Of a stretch of DNA of 64,000 nt, positions 61,660 to 64,000 are shown piece after piece; position 1 is the first letter of the stretch; each line of letters opens with the position of its first letter. Position numbers and translations under genes: made by a program. Source of the DNA: Stegostoma tigrinum (Eukaryota). The notes under the pieces are model-generated. The model saw nothing but the letters and a program-made list of their open reading frames with translations. It was not told the DNA's origin and did not search any database. The stretch spans positions 95,773,187-95,837,186 of the forward strand of contig NC_081362.1 of assembly GCF_030684315.1 (NCBI RefSeq). Direction: 5' to 3'.

Positions 61660-62352
61660 AATTGTTCAAATCAATATTGTGGCCTAGAGTCTGTAGAGTG
61701 CTTAAGAGGACAATGAGGAGCCATTCGTCGAGATTGTGTTGAGGTCCTTTGGAACACTGCAGGAGACCCAGAACAGAAGTGTTTAGCATAAGAGCAAAGT
61801 GGTTTATCGAAAAGCCAGAGCAACTGGGAGTTCAGGGTCATCCCTACTGGCAAAGAGGAGGTGTTCCACAAAGTAGTCAGCCAGATTGCATTCGGTCTCA
61901 GTGGTGTAAAGGAGACTGCATTGTGAGCAGCAAATACAGGAGACCAGATTGAACAAAGTACAAGTGAAACACTGCTTCACCTGGAAGGTGCATTCAGGCC
62001 TTGGGCCGTGACGAGGGAGCGAGTCAATAGACTGGTTACACATTCTGTAATTGCATGTGAAGGCCCTGTGGAAGAGTGATAAAGAGTTAGGAGTGATGAT
62101 GGAGTGGACCAGGGTGTCACAGAATGCTGAGGTAACAAGGTGTGGAGCTGGATGAACACAGCAGGCCAAGCAGCATCACAGGAGCAGGAAAGATGACGTT
62201 TCGGGCCTAGACCCTTCTTCAGAAGTGAAACAGTCTGGCCCTGAAACGCCAGCTTTCCTGCTCCTCTGATGCAGTTTGGCCTGCTGTGTTCATCCAGCTC
62301 TGCACCTTGTTATCTCAGATTGTCCTGCATCTGCAGTTCCTACTATCTCTGT
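61660..62352 (-). mobile_element. Old Penelope GIY-YIG fragment plus a younger palindromic terminal repeat
   Basis: NLVSCICCSQCSLLYTTETE motif. The palindrome at 62130-62352 is flanked by cagaatgctg. Confidence 0.75.
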
Positions 62353-62614
62353 CTCAGAATGCTGCCAGAAGTGTGTTGAGTACTTCCAACATTCTGCTTT
62401 TAATTCAGATTTTTCAGCATCTACATTGTTTGGAATATGTAGGAGAGATGGAGATGACACATTGAAGGAGAGGTGGATGGTGCAATGGAGGGAGCAAGGG
62501 AGAAGGGAGAGATGGAGGGGGAGTAAAGGGTGGGAGATATGGAGGGGGAGTGATGGAGTGGGGAGAGGTGGAGGGGAGAAATGAGGGGACTGAAGGAGGG
62601 GAGAGAGATGGACG

Positions 62615-62995
62615 GCAAGTGATGAAGGAGGTAGTGATGGATGGGAAGTGATGGAGGGGGTAGTGATGGAGGGAAAGTGATGGAGGAGGTAGTGATGGAG
62701 GGGAAATGATGGAGGAGGTAGTGATGGAGGGGAAATGATGGGGGGTTAGTGATGGAGGTAAAGTGATGGATGAGGTAGTGATGGAGGGGAAATGATGCAG
62801 GAGGTCGTGATGGAGGGGATGTGATGGAGGGGAAGTGGTGGAGGGAAAGTGATGGAGGAGAAATGATGGATTGGGTAGTGATTGAGTTGGTATTGATGGA
62901 GGGCAAGTGATGGAGGAGGTAGTGATGGAGGGGAAGTGGTGGAGGGGGTAGTGATGGAGGGGGAGATGGAGGGAGAGAGATGGAGGTGGGAAAGT
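62615..62995. repeat. (gtgatggagggg/aggta)n purine-rich minisatellite
   Basis: Direct inspection. Confidence 0.95.
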
Positions 62996-63029
62996 TGGAA
63001 GTGGGAATGATACATTGGGAACCTATTCA

Positions 63030-64000
63030 AATATCTTTTAGCTACTGTAATTATATATCTCTTCTGGCAGCTTGTTCCATATATGCACCATTCTTTCGGT
63101 AAAAAACCTGTCCCTTAGGTCCCTTTTAAATCTTCCCCTTCTCACCCTAAACCTATGCTGTTTAGTTCTGGACTCCCCTACTCTGTGGAAAAGACGTTTG
63201 CTATTCACCTTATCTACGCCTCTCGTGATTTTATAAACCTCTATAAGGTCACCCCTCAGCCTCCTGAGCTCTATAGAAATGTATCTTGGCACATGTGACA
63301 ACAATATGTCAAATCAAATCAAAAAGTCCCAACCTATCCAGTCCAGCCCAGACGAGGTAACATTCTTGTTTATTTTTTCTGCACCCTTTCCAGTTTAATA
63401 TCCTCCCTTTAGCAGAGTGGTCAAAATTGTTTACAGTGCTCCAAAACTGGCCTCATCAATTTCTCGTGCATTCACAACATGACATCCTAACTCCAGGACT
63501 CAATGCTCTGACCGATGAAGGCAAGCGCGCCAAATGCCTTCTTCATCACTTTGTCTATCAGAGAAGCCACCTTCAAGGAACTACGTACCTGCACACCTTG
63601 ATCTCTCTGTTCAACAACACTACCCAGGGCCCTACCATGAGCTGCGTAAGTCTTGTCCTGGTTTGCCTCACCAAAATATTACACCTTGCACTTATTTACA
63701 TTAACTTCAGCTGCCATTCCTCAGCCCATTGGCCCAGCTGATCCAAATCCTGTTGTACTCTTAGATAGCCTTTTTCGCTGTCCACTATACCATTAATTTT
63801 GGTGTCATCCGCAAACTTACTCAGCGTGCTTCCTATATTTTCATCCAAATCATTTATATAAATGACAAAACATCAGTAGACTCAGCATTGATCCTCATGA
63901 CACACCGTTGGTAACAGGCCTCCTGTCCAATCAACAACCACCACCCTCTGTCTCCTGAATCAAGCCAATGTTGTATCCAATTGGCCAGCTCTCTCTGGAT
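63030..64000 (-). mobile_element. CR1 LINE fragment
   Basis: LRGDLIEVYKI, WNKLP and SKFADDTK motifs on the minus strand. Confidence 0.88.

Overview
Vertebrate genomic DNA, almost certainly from a cartilaginous fish. The repeat complement (HE1/V-SINE, Deu-type SINE, CR1 LINEs with (TTCTATG)n tails, Penelope-like elements) points to a shark; the species cannot be fixed from sequence alone. Roughly half of the window is transposon-derived. There are three gene-like loci. (1) A multiply disabled immunity-related GTPase (IRG) pseudogene at ~20.6-21.8 kb. (2) An intact-looking B7/butyrophilin-like membrane protein gene on + (IgV-IgC-IgC-TM exons, 27.0-32.8 kb; leader exon not located), whose V domain lacks the F-strand cysteine. 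(3) A 326-aa coiled-coil protein with a central hydrophobic hairpin, encoded by two exons on - (46.4-50.0 kb). The most unusual signal is non-coding. Nearly every stretch of unique, non-TE sequence across the 64 kb reads as a 150-900-nt island of nested, multibranched stem-loops. In the stems I checked, the non-Watson-Crick pairs are mostly G-U on the + strand. This includes introns of both genes and a module inserted into a CR1 fragment. It suggests a long, structured + strand transcript or an array of structured RNA modules. I found the stems by eye and they need shuffle-controlled folding and RNA data. Penelope-derived terminal repeats carrying minimal hammerhead ribozyme motifs, often as TSD-flanked palindromes, are also abundant.
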